From Ignavibacteriota bacterium (GTDB taxonomy: Bacteria > Bacteroidota > Ignavibacteria > UBA10030): a stretch of DNA of 64,000 nucleotides. The stretch spans positions 10,225 to 74,224 of the forward strand of contig PLMK01000006.1 in assembly GCA_003142475.1 (NCBI GenBank). Direction: 5' to 3'. A model generated the notes under the pieces. That model made no database searches. It saw only the letters and a program-made list of their open reading frames with translations, and was not told where the DNA came from. The position numbers and the translations under genes are program-made. Below, one piece after another: positions 38,785 to 49,018 of the stretch (position 1 is its first letter; each line of letters starts with the position of its first letter).

Positions 38785-40077
38785 CTAACACTTAGGATTT
38801 TGTAAATATTCTTCAAGCATCTGACGAAACGAAGGGTGCGCTATCGCAATGAGTGCTTCCGCACGCTGGTGCAGATTTTTTCCATGAAGAGAGGCTACAC
38901 CATATTCCGTCACTACATAATGTACATCTGCCCGTGAAGTAACTACTCCGGCGCCGGACTGTAGCTGGGGTACGATGCGAGATACTGTTCCCTTCTTCGT
39001 AGTTGAGGACAAGGCAATGATCGGTTTGCCTCCTTTTGAATGAGCAGCTCCGCGCACAAAATCCACTTGTCCGCCGAAACCACTATAAATTTTAGTGCCG
39101 ATAGAATCAGCACATACCTGCCCCGTAATATCCACCTCGATACAGGAATTTATCGCAACCATTTTATCGTTTTGCGCTATAATAAAAGGATTGTTTGTAT
39201 AATCGCAAGGATGTATTTCGAACAGTGGATTGTTGTGAACATAGTCGTACAATTTTTTAGTGCCCATAACAAAGGTTGCAACAACCTTGCCCGAATGAAT
39301 CGTTTTTTTCTGACTTGTGATAATGCCTTTTTCAATTGCTTCTACTACGCCGTCGGAAATCATTTCTGTGTGAATACCCAAATGCTGTTTGCCTTCGATA
39401 CGTGCAAGCACAGCATCCGGAATGCCGCCGATACCCAATTGAAGCGTTGCTCCATCTTCAATAATTGGAGTAATAAAATCTGCAATTTTTGCTTCGATAT
39501 CTGAAGCTGTCGTCGGTTTTAATTCCATAATGGGAATAGAACATTCAACAATTTTATGAACTCGTGAAACGTGTATGAATACATCGCCTAAAGTACGCGG
39601 CATGCACTCATTCACTTGTGCTATAACAATCTTCGCATTTTCTGCCGCTGCTTTCGAAGCAGCGCATTCAACACCAAAACTCATAAAACCATGTGCATCG
39701 GGCGGCGAAACATGAATGAACGCAACATCGAGAGGTATGTATTCATCACAAAATAATGACGGGACCTGCGAAAGATGAATTGGTACATAATCAGAAATTC
39801 CATCAGCAATAGATTGACGGTCACCGGGACCAACAAAAAACGAGTTGTGCCGGAAATGGTTATTCATGTCCGGCTTGGAAAGCGGGTCGCCTCCAAATAA
39901 TAAAATATGATTGACTTCAACGTTTGAAAGTTCCTGCGCACGTTTTGCCAGCGCTTCTGTCAATAGAAGAGGCGTTGCCGCGTTGCCGCTGAGAAAAATC
40001 CGGTCATTCGATTTGACAACCTTGACCGCTTCCTCAACTGTCACAACTTTCGACTTGTATTGATCAAGCCAATTCAT
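38785..40077 (-). CDS. Acetyl-CoA hydrolase/transferase family (4-hydroxybutyrate CoA-transferase-like)
   Basis: LQLGIGGIPDAV, GIHTEM catalytic Glu, SGFGGQVDFVRGA, VVTEYGVA; start moved to ATG 40077. Confidence 0.9.
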   Translation of the reverse strand: MNWLDQYKSKVVTVEEAVKVVKSNDRIFLSGNAATPLLLTEALAKRAQELSNVEVNHILLFGGDPLSKPDMNNHFRHNSFFVGPGDRQSIADGISDYVPIHLSQVPSLFCDEYIPLDVAFIHVSPPDAHGFMSFGVECAASKAAAENAKIVIAQVNECMPRTLGDVFIHVSRVHKIVECSIPIMELKPTTASDIEAKIADFITPIIEDGATLQLGIGGIPDAVLARIEGKQHLGIHTEMISDGVVEAIEKGIITSQKKTIHSGKVVATFVMGTKKLYDYVHNNPLFEIHPCDYTNNPFIIAQNDKMVAINSCIEVDITGQVCADSIGTKIYSGFGGQVDFVRGAAHSKGGKPIIALSSTTKKGTVSRIVPQLQSGAGVVTSRADVHYVVTEYGVASLHGKNLHQRAEALIAIAHPSFRQMLEEYLQNPKC

Positions 40078-40088
40078 AATTATTCCTA

Positions 40089-41225
40089 TCAAGCTTTATT
40101 GAGCGGAGAGTTGAGTAATGTTTGAATGTCTTCTGCTTTTAAATCGAATGCCTTGGCGGAAGCGTTGTTCGTACAACATCCGCGGAATGTGCATACTCCC
40201 TTAGAAAGTCCGACATCAGCACGAAGCACTTGTTCCATTCCAAGTTCAGTCGCTTCTCTCAAGAACGGAAGAAGAACATTTGTCCATCCAACAGTTGCAG
40301 TGCGCGGGACTAATGCAGGTGTATTGGGAACACAATAATGCACTATGCCATGAGTAATATAAACAGGATCGGTTATTGTCGTTGGACGGCTCGTTTCAAT
40401 ACAACCGCCTTGATCAATGGAAATATCAACAATAACAGAACCGGGTTTCATCTGTTTCACTAAATCTTCAGAAACTAAGTGTGGCGTCTTTTCCCCTTTT
40501 AATAGAACAGCTCCAATAAGCGCATCTGCTTCCCGCACTGCACACTCAATATTATATTGATCAGAAACGGCAGTGGCAATTCTCCACTGAAACAAATTCT
40601 CCACTTCGCGCAGGCGGCCGATGTTCTTGTCAATAATCATCACTTTCGCCCCAAGTCCGAGTGCAACACGCGCAGCGGTGCGTCCCACAGTTCCAGCGCC
40701 AAGAATGAGCACATCGGCGGCAGGTACACCGGGAACACTTCCCAAGAGTACACCGCGTCCGCCTTGGCGTGCTTGCAAATAGTGCGCAGCTACTTGAATC
40801 GAAATTTGCCCGGCAATTTCTGCCATGGTCTGAACTATCGGTAGTTCACAATGTTCATTTTCTATCAATTCATATCCGATTGCAGTGATTTTTTTTTCTA
40901 GAAATGTTTCTATTGTTTTACGTTTGGAAATGGCGAGGTGCAATGCTGAAAAAAAGGTCTGTCCTTCGTGCAAAAGTTTTAGTTCCGAATCAGCTGGCGG
41001 TGCAATTTTCAAAACTATATCTGAACGATTAATAACTTCTTCCGGACTGTACACAATGACGGCGCCTGCATTGCTGTATTCATCGTCCGTAAAGAAACTA
41101 AGTGCTCCAGCATTCCGTTCTACATACACAATAGCGCCCAAGCTCACTAATGTTTGCACGCCACCTGGCGTCAGTGCTACGCGTCGTTCCGATGGAGCTA
41201 TTTCTTTCAGTATGCCGATGTTCAT
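40089..41225 (-). CDS. ald: Alanine dehydrogenase
   Basis: GILKEIAPSERRVALTP, LHLA, GGRGVLLG, GAGTVG, VDISIDQGGCIETSRPTT, HYCVPN. Confidence 0.88.
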   Translation of the reverse strand: MNIGILKEIAPSERRVALTPGGVQTLVSLGAIVYVERNAGALSFFTDDEYSNAGAVIVYSPEEVINRSDIVLKIAPPADSELKLLHEGQTFFSALHLAISKRKTIETFLEKKITAIGYELIENEHCELPIVQTMAEIAGQISIQVAAHYLQARQGGRGVLLGSVPGVPAADVLILGAGTVGRTAARVALGLGAKVMIIDKNIGRLREVENLFQWRIATAVSDQYNIECAVREADALIGAVLLKGEKTPHLVSEDLVKQMKPGSVIVDISIDQGGCIETSRPTTITDPVYITHGIVHYCVPNTPALVPRTATVGWTNVLLPFLREATELGMEQVLRADVGLSKGVCTFRGCCTNNASAKAFDLKAEDIQTLLNSPLNKA

Positions 41226-41462
41226 GCCGATAATCCTTCCTATAATATATTTCTTGCCGTACCTTAGAAAATGATTATGTGAAGTGCAAGATGCATTCTC
41301 AGTTTGCTATGATTCTATTTTATAATGGTACTGTGAAGGAAAAAAGGTAATAATATTTAAGGTTGACACGTTGAAGTTCTTTGGTCTTCATACCAGAACC
41401 TCCGTTCAAAATTCATAGGAATAATATTTCTAAATAAGAATATGCTCTTTGTTTAAGCAGTC

Positions 41463-41786
41463 TTACAAGAATTCAGGATTGCATTCAGAGATGACGCCAT
41501 TACTTACTTGACCGCAGGCGCGGATTTCATTCAGTTTCTGATTAATGTGCAGCACAATGCGACTCTTTTCTTCTAAAAGTTCACGTACAAAAGAATTCAC
41601 AGCCGGATAATCGCATTCCGTCATAATTGTCTCATAGAATTGGATCATCTCTGCTTCTTTTCGCATTGCCTCAGTCAACATTTTACATGTGATACGACAG
41701 TCATGGTTGCATTTCGCATTACCAGACTCAATTGCATGTTCACTCCATGCTTGAATTGCGGATTGTGTGTTTTCTATCTGCTTCAT
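41463..41786 (-). CDS. Small ferritin/rubrerythrin-like helical protein
   Basis: LTEAMRKEAEMIQFYE...FVRELLEEKSR pattern; overlaps the gamma subunit stop by 4 bp. Confidence 0.55.
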   Translation of the reverse strand: MKQIENTQSAIQAWSEHAIESGNAKCNHDCRITCKMLTEAMRKEAEMIQFYETIMTECDYPAVNSFVRELLEEKSRIVLHINQKLNEIRACGQVSNGVISECNPEFL

Positions 41787-42358
41787 CGTACCACCATTTC
41801 AGTTGCCACTTGTATTGCTAATTCTTTACCTCGTGCTAAAGCTTGCTCATTGAGAGGAATCAAATGTTGTCTATGCGGAGGCAGGACACTGTGTAGAGCA
41901 CTTATTACATGTTCCAACTTTACAATAGGACGCATCTCAAGGAAAGCGCCGAGTAAAATCATGTTTGCCACTTGTTTACTCTTGAGTTTTTGAGCTTCTT
42001 CTAATCCGGGAATGGCAAGAACCTCAATGTCTTTTCTCGACGGCGGACGAAGTATCGTGGATTTTTCATAGATCAAAATGCCACCCGGTTTCACAGCATT
42101 TTCAAATTTTTCAATCGACGGCTGATTTAATACAATTGCAGTATCAAACTTCGTGATAATAGGAGAACTGATGCGTGAATCAGAAACTATTACAGTGCAA
42201 TTCGCTGTGCCGCCGCGCATCTCAGGGCCGTACGAAGGCATCCAACTCACTTCTTTCTTTCCTTCCATTGCAGCGTATGCAATGATTTGTCCCATTGAAA
42301 GAACGCCCTGACCGCCAAAGCCGGCAATAATTATTTCTTGAGTCATGCTCATATTCAT
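41783..42358 (-). CDS. 2-oxoacid:ferredoxin oxidoreductase gamma subunit
   Basis: IAGFGGQGVLSMG, PSYGPEMRGGTANC, ANMILLGA. Confidence 0.93.
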   Translation of the reverse strand: MNMSMTQEIIIAGFGGQGVLSMGQIIAYAAMEGKKEVSWMPSYGPEMRGGTANCTVIVSDSRISSPIITKFDTAIVLNQPSIEKFENAVKPGGILIYEKSTILRPPSRKDIEVLAIPGLEEAQKLKSKQVANMILLGAFLEMRPIVKLEHVISALHSVLPPHRQHLIPLNEQALARGKELAIQVATEMVVR

Positions 42359-42422
42359 AATCGCTTTATTATCTAAGAATTTATTGTTTCACCATCTTTA
42401 CAGATTTCTATGATATTCCAAA

Positions 42423-43199
42423 TTAACTCTTTGGCACTTTAATATCACCAAGTGGATAAATTGGAAACATGTTTTTCTCTAGCCACTCGTTGGATTCTAC
42501 TGGTGTCATTTTCCAACCGGACGGACAATTAGAGACAATCTCAATAAAACAAGTTCCTTTTTTTTCTTTTTGGTATTTGAATGACGTAGAAATTGCTTTT
42601 TTCAACTTACGTACGGCTGCCGTATTGTGTACCGAGTGCCGTGAGACGTAGTACGCACCGGGAAGCTGTGCAAGCATTTCTGTAATCTTCAATGGATTGC
42701 CCATTGTCGCTACTTCGCGTCCAAATGGTGATGTTGTTGTTTTCATGCCCAATATTGATGTCGGAGCCATTTGACCACCAGTCATTCCGTATATACCGTT
42801 ATTGATGAAGAGCATGAGAATATTTTCACCGCGGTTAACTGTATGAATTGTTTCACCAGTACCAATTGCCGCAAGATCGCCGTCGCCTTGATAAGAAAAA
42901 ACATATTTATCGGGAAGGACACGCTTGACTCCTGTCGCTACAGCACTTGCGCGTCCGTGTGCCGCTTCCTGCATGTCGATGTTCATATAATCGTACGCAA
43001 AGACAGCGCATCCGACCGGCGCAACGCCGATAGTTTCTTCCTGAATATTCATTTCCTCAATAACTTCCATCAGAATTTTATGCACTACACCATGTCCGCA
43101 TCCCGGGCAATAGTGTGTCGGCGTGTCGGTAAGCGTTTTAGGCTTTGCATAAACGACTTCTAATCCGTCAATATTCGTTGCTGTTTCCATTTCTTCCAT
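42423..43199 (-). CDS. 2-oxoacid:ferredoxin oxidoreductase beta (TPP-binding) subunit
   Basis: HYCPGCGHG, PVGC, AAHGRA, QGDGDLAAIG, NNGIYGMTGGQMAPT; start moved to 43199. Confidence 0.93.
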   Translation of the reverse strand: MEEMETATNIDGLEVVYAKPKTLTDTPTHYCPGCGHGVVHKILMEVIEEMNIQEETIGVAPVGCAVFAYDYMNIDMQEAAHGRASAVATGVKRVLPDKYVFSYQGDGDLAAIGTGETIHTVNRGENILMLFINNGIYGMTGGQMAPTSILGMKTTTSPFGREVATMGNPLKITEMLAQLPGAYYVSRHSVHNTAAVRKLKKAISTSFKYQKEKKGTCFIEIVSNCPSGWKMTPVESNEWLEKNMFPIYPLGDIKVPKS

Positions 43200-43200
43200 C

Positions 43201-44304
43201 CTATGCATGCGCCGTTTGAAATTCTTTGGCAATTGATTCCACTTTTATCAGTACTTCTTCCGGTGATGGAATCATTCCGCCCATCCGTCCGTAAAAATGT
43301 ACCGGGCATTTGCCATTAATTGCAAGCCGCACATCTTCCACCATTTGTCCCGCATTCATCTCAACCGTCAGAAATACTTTTGCATGCTTCGCTAACTTTG
43401 CAAGCGCATTTGTTGGAAATGGATACAGGGTGATGGGACGAAGCAATCCAACCTTTAATCCTTTTTCGCGTGCCAAGTTCATTGTCTTATCACAAATGCG
43501 GGATGTTAATCCGAATGCGACAAGAACAATTTCTGCATCTTCGGTCTGGTATTCTTCCCAGCGAACTTCCTTCTGCAATTGATTGTATTTTTCTTGCAGG
43601 ACTAAATTCAATTTCTCCATTCGCTCCGGTTGGATGAAAAGAGAAGTAATAATATTTCGTTCGCGCGAATTCGGTTTGCCTATCGTCGCCCAAGGGGCAT
43701 TCGTTTTTGGCAAAGAACCAGCCACAGGTAATGTAACCTTTTCCATCATCTGACCGAGAGCACCGTCGGCAAGAATCATCGCCGGATTACGGTACTTCTC
43801 CGTTAAACGAAACGCATCGAATATAAAATCTACCATTTCCTGCACAGACGATGGTGCAAGGACGATAAGATGATAATCACCATGACCGCCACCTTTTACT
43901 GCCTGAAAATAATCTGCTTGTGAAGGCTGAATAGTGCCAAGACCGGGTCCGCCTCGCTGAACATTTACAATTACTGCCGGCAATTGCGCTGACGCCATAT
44001 ACGAAAGACACTCCTGCATTAAACTAATACCGGGGCTGGAAGATGAAATCATTACCCGCGCACCAACACCGGAAGCACCATGCACCATATTAATAGCCGC
44101 AATTTCGCTCTCTGCTTGCAGTATCACAACACCCGGATAATTTGGTGCCTGAATTGAAAGATACTCCATTACTTCTGTTTGCGGTGTAATTGGATATCCA
44201 AAGTATGCCTGCATACCCGCACGCAAAGCGGCCTCTGCAAGAGCTTCGTTGCCTTTCATTAATCGAGTGTTAGATTTTCCGTTTCCACTTGCCATGTTTT
44301 TCAC
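43201..44304 (-). CDS. vorB: 2-oxoacid:ferredoxin oxidoreductase alpha subunit (VorB-like)
   Basis: KGNEALAEAA, FGYPITPQTE, QAESEIAAINM, SSSSPGISLMQE, KGGGHGDY. Confidence 0.85.
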   Translation of the reverse strand: MKNMASGNGKSNTRLMKGNEALAEAALRAGMQAYFGYPITPQTEVMEYLSIQAPNYPGVVILQAESEIAAINMVHGASGVGARVMISSSSPGISLMQECLSYMASAQLPAVIVNVQRGGPGLGTIQPSQADYFQAVKGGGHGDYHLIVLAPSSVQEMVDFIFDAFRLTEKYRNPAMILADGALGQMMEKVTLPVAGSLPKTNAPWATIGKPNSRERNIITSLFIQPERMEKLNLVLQEKYNQLQKEVRWEEYQTEDAEIVLVAFGLTSRICDKTMNLAREKGLKVGLLRPITLYPFPTNALAKLAKHAKVFLTVEMNAGQMVEDVRLAINGKCPVHFYGRMGGMIPSPEEVLIKVESIAKEFQTAHA

Positions 44305-44365
44305 ATTTCTTAATCTAGTAATTTATTTTAGAGTGCTTCCTGCGATTTTTTTGTCCTGTTGTTAT

Positions 44366-44611
44366 TTATGAAATTTTTTGCGTTGCTGACTTGATCTCTT
44401 TTTTTTGACGGTACACTGTAATAGCACTATCAGGACAAACGATAGCGCAGTTGATGCATCCTGTACAAGAATCATTCTTCAATTGTGCGTAGCGGTAACC
44501 CTTCGAATTCAATTGGGCTGATAACTCCAAACAATCCTGCGGACAAGCTGTAACGCACAACTCGCACGCTTTACAAATTTCTATTGAAACGATTATCGTA
44601 CCTCGAATCAT
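44366..44611 (-). CDS. 2x[4Fe-4S] ferredoxin (delta subunit)
   Basis: CKACELCVTACP and CTGCINCAIVCPD. Confidence 0.93.
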   Translation of the reverse strand: MIRGTIIVSIEICKACELCVTACPQDCLELSAQLNSKGYRYAQLKNDSCTGCINCAIVCPDSAITVYRQKKEIKSATQKIS

Positions 44612-44681
44612 TTAATACTCCGGCGGATTTGTTTTTCGCTAACGATTAACTATAGAAGAAATCACATATTAGTCTATAACG

Positions 44682-44697
44682 CTCAAGTAGTGTGCCA
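44682..44697 (-). promoter_or_regulatory. Possible sigma54 (-24/-12) promoter of the oxidoreductase operon
   Basis: Minus strand TGGCAC-ACTAC-TTGAG, about 70 bp upstream of the ferredoxin ATG; -12 reads GA instead of GC. Confidence 0.4.
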
Positions 44698-45088
44698 CAT
44701 TGCATATTATTTGAGAGAACAGCTTAAACGCTATATTTCAAAGGAAATAAAGCGAGCTTGGCACTTTTAGGAAGATTCCAAAATAGCTTTCCCGAAAGCG
44801 ATAAGTAATAAAATAAACGAATTGAAGCATTATTGCAATATAGTTACATCCTCAATGCAACTCACTGTTTTTTACTTTGCTATTTGTCAATGCATCCAAA
44901 ACCTATAAAAAGGGATAACATTTACAATATGCGATGTTTCTGAAATTGCGATCTCGTACATGGAATCATTTCCTTATTAAATCTATTGAAAGGTATATAT
45001 ACTGTTATCCTTCCATTGCTTGATTATGGAAGGAAAAAAAACTAAAGTGATTCTATTATTCAAACAATACTTAATATAGGAGAATGTT

Positions 45089-46543
45089 ATGCAAAATTTC
45101 GATTTTACACTTAATAATTTGAATAATTTCTTTCCAGAGAATTTTAGCGAAGAGCAAAAAGCAAAAGCGAAAACCTTTTTTTTAAAAGAACTTTCGCTTT
45201 TATGTCATAAATTTTACAGAGGAAAGATAGCTACAATACCAAAGGCGGGAATTTATGGATTCAACTGGTTTAATGTCTGGTATACGCCGGGTGTTTCAAA
45301 AATCTCTACGACGATTCGCGATAACAACGACACTTCGTTCGACCTATCAAATCGAGGAAATTTAGTTGCCGTCGTGTCTGATTCAACCCGTGTTCTCGGT
45401 GATGGTGATTGCACGCCTCCCGGTGGATTAGGTGTCATGGAGGGAAAAGGACTTCTCATGAAATACCTTGGCGGTGTCGATGCTGTTGCGCTTTGCATCA
45501 ACTCAATCAATGCAAAAGGAGAACATGATCCAGACAAAATTATCGAATTTGTTAAAATGCTGGAACCTAGCTTCGGAGCTGTAAATCTCGAAGACATTTC
45601 TCAGCCCAATTGTTTTAAAGTACTTGATACACTGCGTGAGGAATGCAATATTCCTGTGTGGCATGACGATGCTCAAGGGACGGGCAGCGTGACACTTGCA
45701 GGATTGATCAATGCTCTTCGTGTTGTTGGTAAAGACATGAAGAATGTGAAGATCGTATTCTTTGGCGCAGGAGCATCAAACACTACAATTGCCCGATTGA
45801 TATTAAAGGCTGGCGTCGATCCGTATAAAGTGATTATGTTCGATACAAAGAGTGCACTTCACAGAAATCGTAAGGATATTGAGGTAGATAAAGCATTTTA
45901 CCGTAAGTGGGAAATCTGCCAGACAACAAATCCATCATGCATCGAAGACATTGAAACTGCAGTAACTGATGCTGATGTTCTCATTGCGTTAAGTAAACCT
46001 GGTCCCGATGTTATTAAACGAACATGGATACAGAAAATGGCTAAGAAGTCTATCGTTTTTGCTTGTGCAAATCCGGTTCCTGAAATTTATCCGTATGCCG
46101 CTAAAGAAGCCGGTGCTTACATTGTTGCGACCGGACGTGGTGATTTCCCTAATCAAGTGAACAACTCGATGGGCTTCCCCGGTATTCTCAAAGGTGCTCT
46201 TATGGTGCGTGCAAGAAAAATTACAGATGAAATGGCAATTACCGCAGCATATTCCATGGCAAATTTCGCAATGAAAAAAGGTCTCAATCCTGATTATATC
46301 ATGCCCACAATGGAAGAAACTGAATTATTTGCTCAAGAAGCCGCTGATGTTGGCACGCAGGCGATTAAGCAAGGTGTTGCGCGAATTCAACTCAGTCATC
46401 AAGAAATTTACGATACAACACTTCGCGATATAAAAGAGGCTCGCAGTATATTAGATTTGTTAATGAAAGAAAATTTTATAAAAAAACCCGATATTGCATT
46501 TATCGAAGAAGCAGTGAAAAAGGCAATTGAATCAGTTACATAA
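45089..46543 (+). CDS. NAD(P)-dependent malic enzyme
   Basis: YTPGVS, VSDSTRVLGDGD, VMEGK, VNLEDIS, WHDDAQGTG, GAGA, FACANPVPEI, ATGRGDFPNQVNN. Confidence 0.93.
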   Translation: MQNFDFTLNNLNNFFPENFSEEQKAKAKTFFLKELSLLCHKFYRGKIATIPKAGIYGFNWFNVWYTPGVSKISTTIRDNNDTSFDLSNRGNLVAVVSDSTRVLGDGDCTPPGGLGVMEGKGLLMKYLGGVDAVALCINSINAKGEHDPDKIIEFVKMLEPSFGAVNLEDISQPNCFKVLDTLREECNIPVWHDDAQGTGSVTLAGLINALRVVGKDMKNVKIVFFGAGASNTTIARLILKAGVDPYKVIMFDTKSALHRNRKDIEVDKAFYRKWEICQTTNPSCIEDIETAVTDADVLIALSKPGPDVIKRTWIQKMAKKSIVFACANPVPEIYPYAAKEAGAYIVATGRGDFPNQVNNSMGFPGILKGALMVRARKITDEMAITAAYSMANFAMKKGLNPDYIMPTMEETELFAQEAADVGTQAIKQGVARIQLSHQEIYDTTLRDIKEARSILDLLMKENFIKKPDIAFIEEAVKKAIESVT

Positions 46544-46657
46544 ATCTATAATAATGCATAGAAAATCGTTTTCTACATTGAAACAAAACTGAAAACGATA
46601 CGATTAATTATTCGTATTTGAAATACGAAGTGTCTTAGTAATAAGACGAGGTGTAAT

Positions 46658-48886
46658 ATGAAGAAGATAATTATTAAGATATTTTTCCCAATTATTGGAT
46701 TGATATCACTTATCTGGTTTTTATTTCGTGTCGTTCCCAAACCAAGTCGTGCCACGTATCCCTGCATGCGTGTTGCCTATCCTATAGCCTCTTCTTTTGT
46801 AATCTACTTTCTTGGATTGGTTACTTCTGCTTTTGCTTTTGGCAAAATGAAAGAGCATTGGAAATATTCACACTATTGGACTATGATCGGCTTTTTGGTG
46901 ATTGCACTAATAACAGGATTTTTCTCTTTTCAGGCAGATCAACCTCCAGTATATGCTAATACAAGCAATCTTGGTGCAGCTAACGCACCTATTGGCGAAG
47001 CAAAAGGAATATACCCGGGAAGAGTGGTTTGGGTGCATGATTCTGCCGCTACAAATCAAAATTGTGTCCCCGGTTCTTACGGTCATGGATGGTTTTTGCC
47101 TGAGAACAATAATCAGACAGTTGTAGACGGGATGGTTTCTTCTGCTGTTCAAAAACTGACAGGACAGATTACAGATAGTGCTGCTTGGAGGGCGATATTT
47201 GAATATCATAATACGACACGCGGCAAGGGGGCTGTCAATTACGCAGCCGGAGAAAAAATCCTCATAAAAATAAACGCTACAAGCGGCTGGAGTGGAAACT
47301 ATAATACATCGGATCTATCAAAGGTATACAATTCAAATTACGGTATCTCCGAAACTTCCCCGGCGATTGTGCTGTCGGTACTGCGTCACCTCGTGAACAA
47401 GGTGCGTGTTTCACAGACCGATATCTATATCGGCGATCCGATGAAGCACATCTACAAACACTGCTACGACCTCTGGCATGCGGAATTTCCGAACGTCCAC
47501 TATCTCGATAACAGCTACTCCACGCTGGGAAGAGAAAAAGCAACCGCAAGCACTACAGCAAAAATATATTATTCCGATCACGGAGCCGTGTTGCGCGCGA
47601 ACGTTTGGGACCCGGGGAGACCCGGGGGAAGTCCTATCTATAATGATTATCTTTACACAATATTATCAACCACGGAATATGTTATCAACCTGCCGATGTT
47701 AAAAGGACACCAGCGGGCGGGCATAACGGCTTTTGCTAAGAATAATTTCGGTTCACAAACCAGAGCAGATGCGTCACAGCTACATGACGGTCTTGTGGCT
47801 CCGATGCAAATGGAGAATGGCATAACAAGACCTGGATACGGTTTATATCGCGTTCAGGTCGATTTCATGACACATTCACTCACCGGAAAAAAGAACCTAT
47901 TTTACTTGATGGATGCCCTGTGGGCGACCGACTACGAAGCGGACGTTCCTTTAAAATGGCAAATGGCTCCGTTCAATAACGACTGGATGTCTTCGGTATT
48001 CGCATCATTCGATCCTGTCGCTATCGAATCTGTTGGGTACGATTTTCTCCGTTCTGAATTTACTGCCGCGCGCGGCAACTGCTCTACTGTTGTTCAAATG
48101 GATGGAGTTGATGATTATTTACATCAGGCAGCGGATTCATTGAATTGGGCAAGCGGTATTAAGTATGATCCTGATAGTAATGGGGTACATATTAAAAGCC
48201 TTGGAACGCATGAACACTGGAATAATGCGACTGAAAAACAATACACAAGGAATCTCGGAACTGGTCAAGGAATTGAATTAATCTCTATTGATAATTCTTC
48301 CCTTCTCGTCCAACTCGTTTCTTTTGGTGTTATGCTTAAAGAAACTCAAATATTGCTTGTATGGAAAACTGCATCAGAAGAGAATAACTATGGATTTGAA
48401 GTGGAGAGAAGAGCAATTGTCAGTGATCAGTCATCGATGACCAATACGTGGCAGAAAATTGGGTTTGTTGCCGGTAACGGTTCCAGCAATATTACGCATG
48501 AGTATTCTTTCAGCGATCTCAAGCTTACGGTAGGCAGATATGTCTATCGTTTGAAACAGATTGATAATGATGGGACGTTTACATATTCAACAAGTGTAGA
48601 AGTGAAGATTGGAGCAGCGCCGGCTGTTTTCTCTTTGTCTCAAAATTATCCTAATCCATTCAATCCATCTACGGTTATTAAGTATCAAATAAAAAGTTTC
48701 TGCAATGTTCACTTGGAGGTGTTCGATATGCTGGGAAGAGAAGTAAAAAAATTAGTACACGATGAACAAGATGCAGGTTTTTACTCAGTAACTTTCGATG
48801 CAAACAATTTACCCAGTGGAACATATCTCTATAGATTACATGCAGGAAATTTTGTTGAGACGAAAAAGCTAATTTTACTGAAATGA
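46658..48886 (+). CDS. DUF362-like domain protein with N-terminal TM segments and T9SS C-terminal sorting domain
   Basis: GEAKGIYPGRVVWVHD, GEKILIKIN, INLPMLKGH...KNNFGS, DPVAIESV, HEHWNN; C-terminal LSQNYPNPFNPST...KKLILLK. Confidence 0.75.
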   Translation: MKKIIIKIFFPIIGLISLIWFLFRVVPKPSRATYPCMRVAYPIASSFVIYFLGLVTSAFAFGKMKEHWKYSHYWTMIGFLVIALITGFFSFQADQPPVYANTSNLGAANAPIGEAKGIYPGRVVWVHDSAATNQNCVPGSYGHGWFLPENNNQTVVDGMVSSAVQKLTGQITDSAAWRAIFEYHNTTRGKGAVNYAAGEKILIKINATSGWSGNYNTSDLSKVYNSNYGISETSPAIVLSVLRHLVNKVRVSQTDIYIGDPMKHIYKHCYDLWHAEFPNVHYLDNSYSTLGREKATASTTAKIYYSDHGAVLRANVWDPGRPGGSPIYNDYLYTILSTTEYVINLPMLKGHQRAGITAFAKNNFGSQTRADASQLHDGLVAPMQMENGITRPGYGLYRVQVDFMTHSLTGKKNLFYLMDALWATDYEADVPLKWQMAPFNNDWMSSVFASFDPVAIESVGYDFLRSEFTAARGNCSTVVQMDGVDDYLHQAADSLNWASGIKYDPDSNGVHIKSLGTHEHWNNATEKQYTRNLGTGQGIELISIDNSSLLVQLVSFGVMLKETQILLVWKTASEENNYGFEVERRAIVSDQSSMTNTWQKIGFVAGNGSSNITHEYSFSDLKLTVGRYVYRLKQIDNDGTFTYSTSVEVKIGAAPAVFSLSQNYPNPFNPSTVIKYQIKSFCNVHLEVFDMLGREVKKLVHDEQDAGFYSVTFDANNLPSGTYLYRLHAGNFVETKKLILLK

Positions 48887-48949
48887 GACAATTGTAAAAG
48901 ACAACAAAAACAATATCATCGCTTATACGCATATTAAGAATCATTGTCT

Positions 48950-49001
48950 AAAAAAATTAAAAGCTTGACTCTATTATCTCAGAATCAAGCTTTTTTATTT
49001 T
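48950..49001. terminator. Bidirectional terminator-like hairpin between convergent genes
   Basis: aaaagcttga...tcaagctttt with A- and T-rich flanks. Confidence 0.6.
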
Positions 49002-49018
49002 CAGTATAAAATGTTCTC

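Noticed and set aside
1442..44861. Shared 11-mer ctcaatgcaac upstream of the MerR gene and in the oxidoreductase/malic enzyme intergenic region
   Set aside because: Repeated 11-mers are expected by chance in 64 kb
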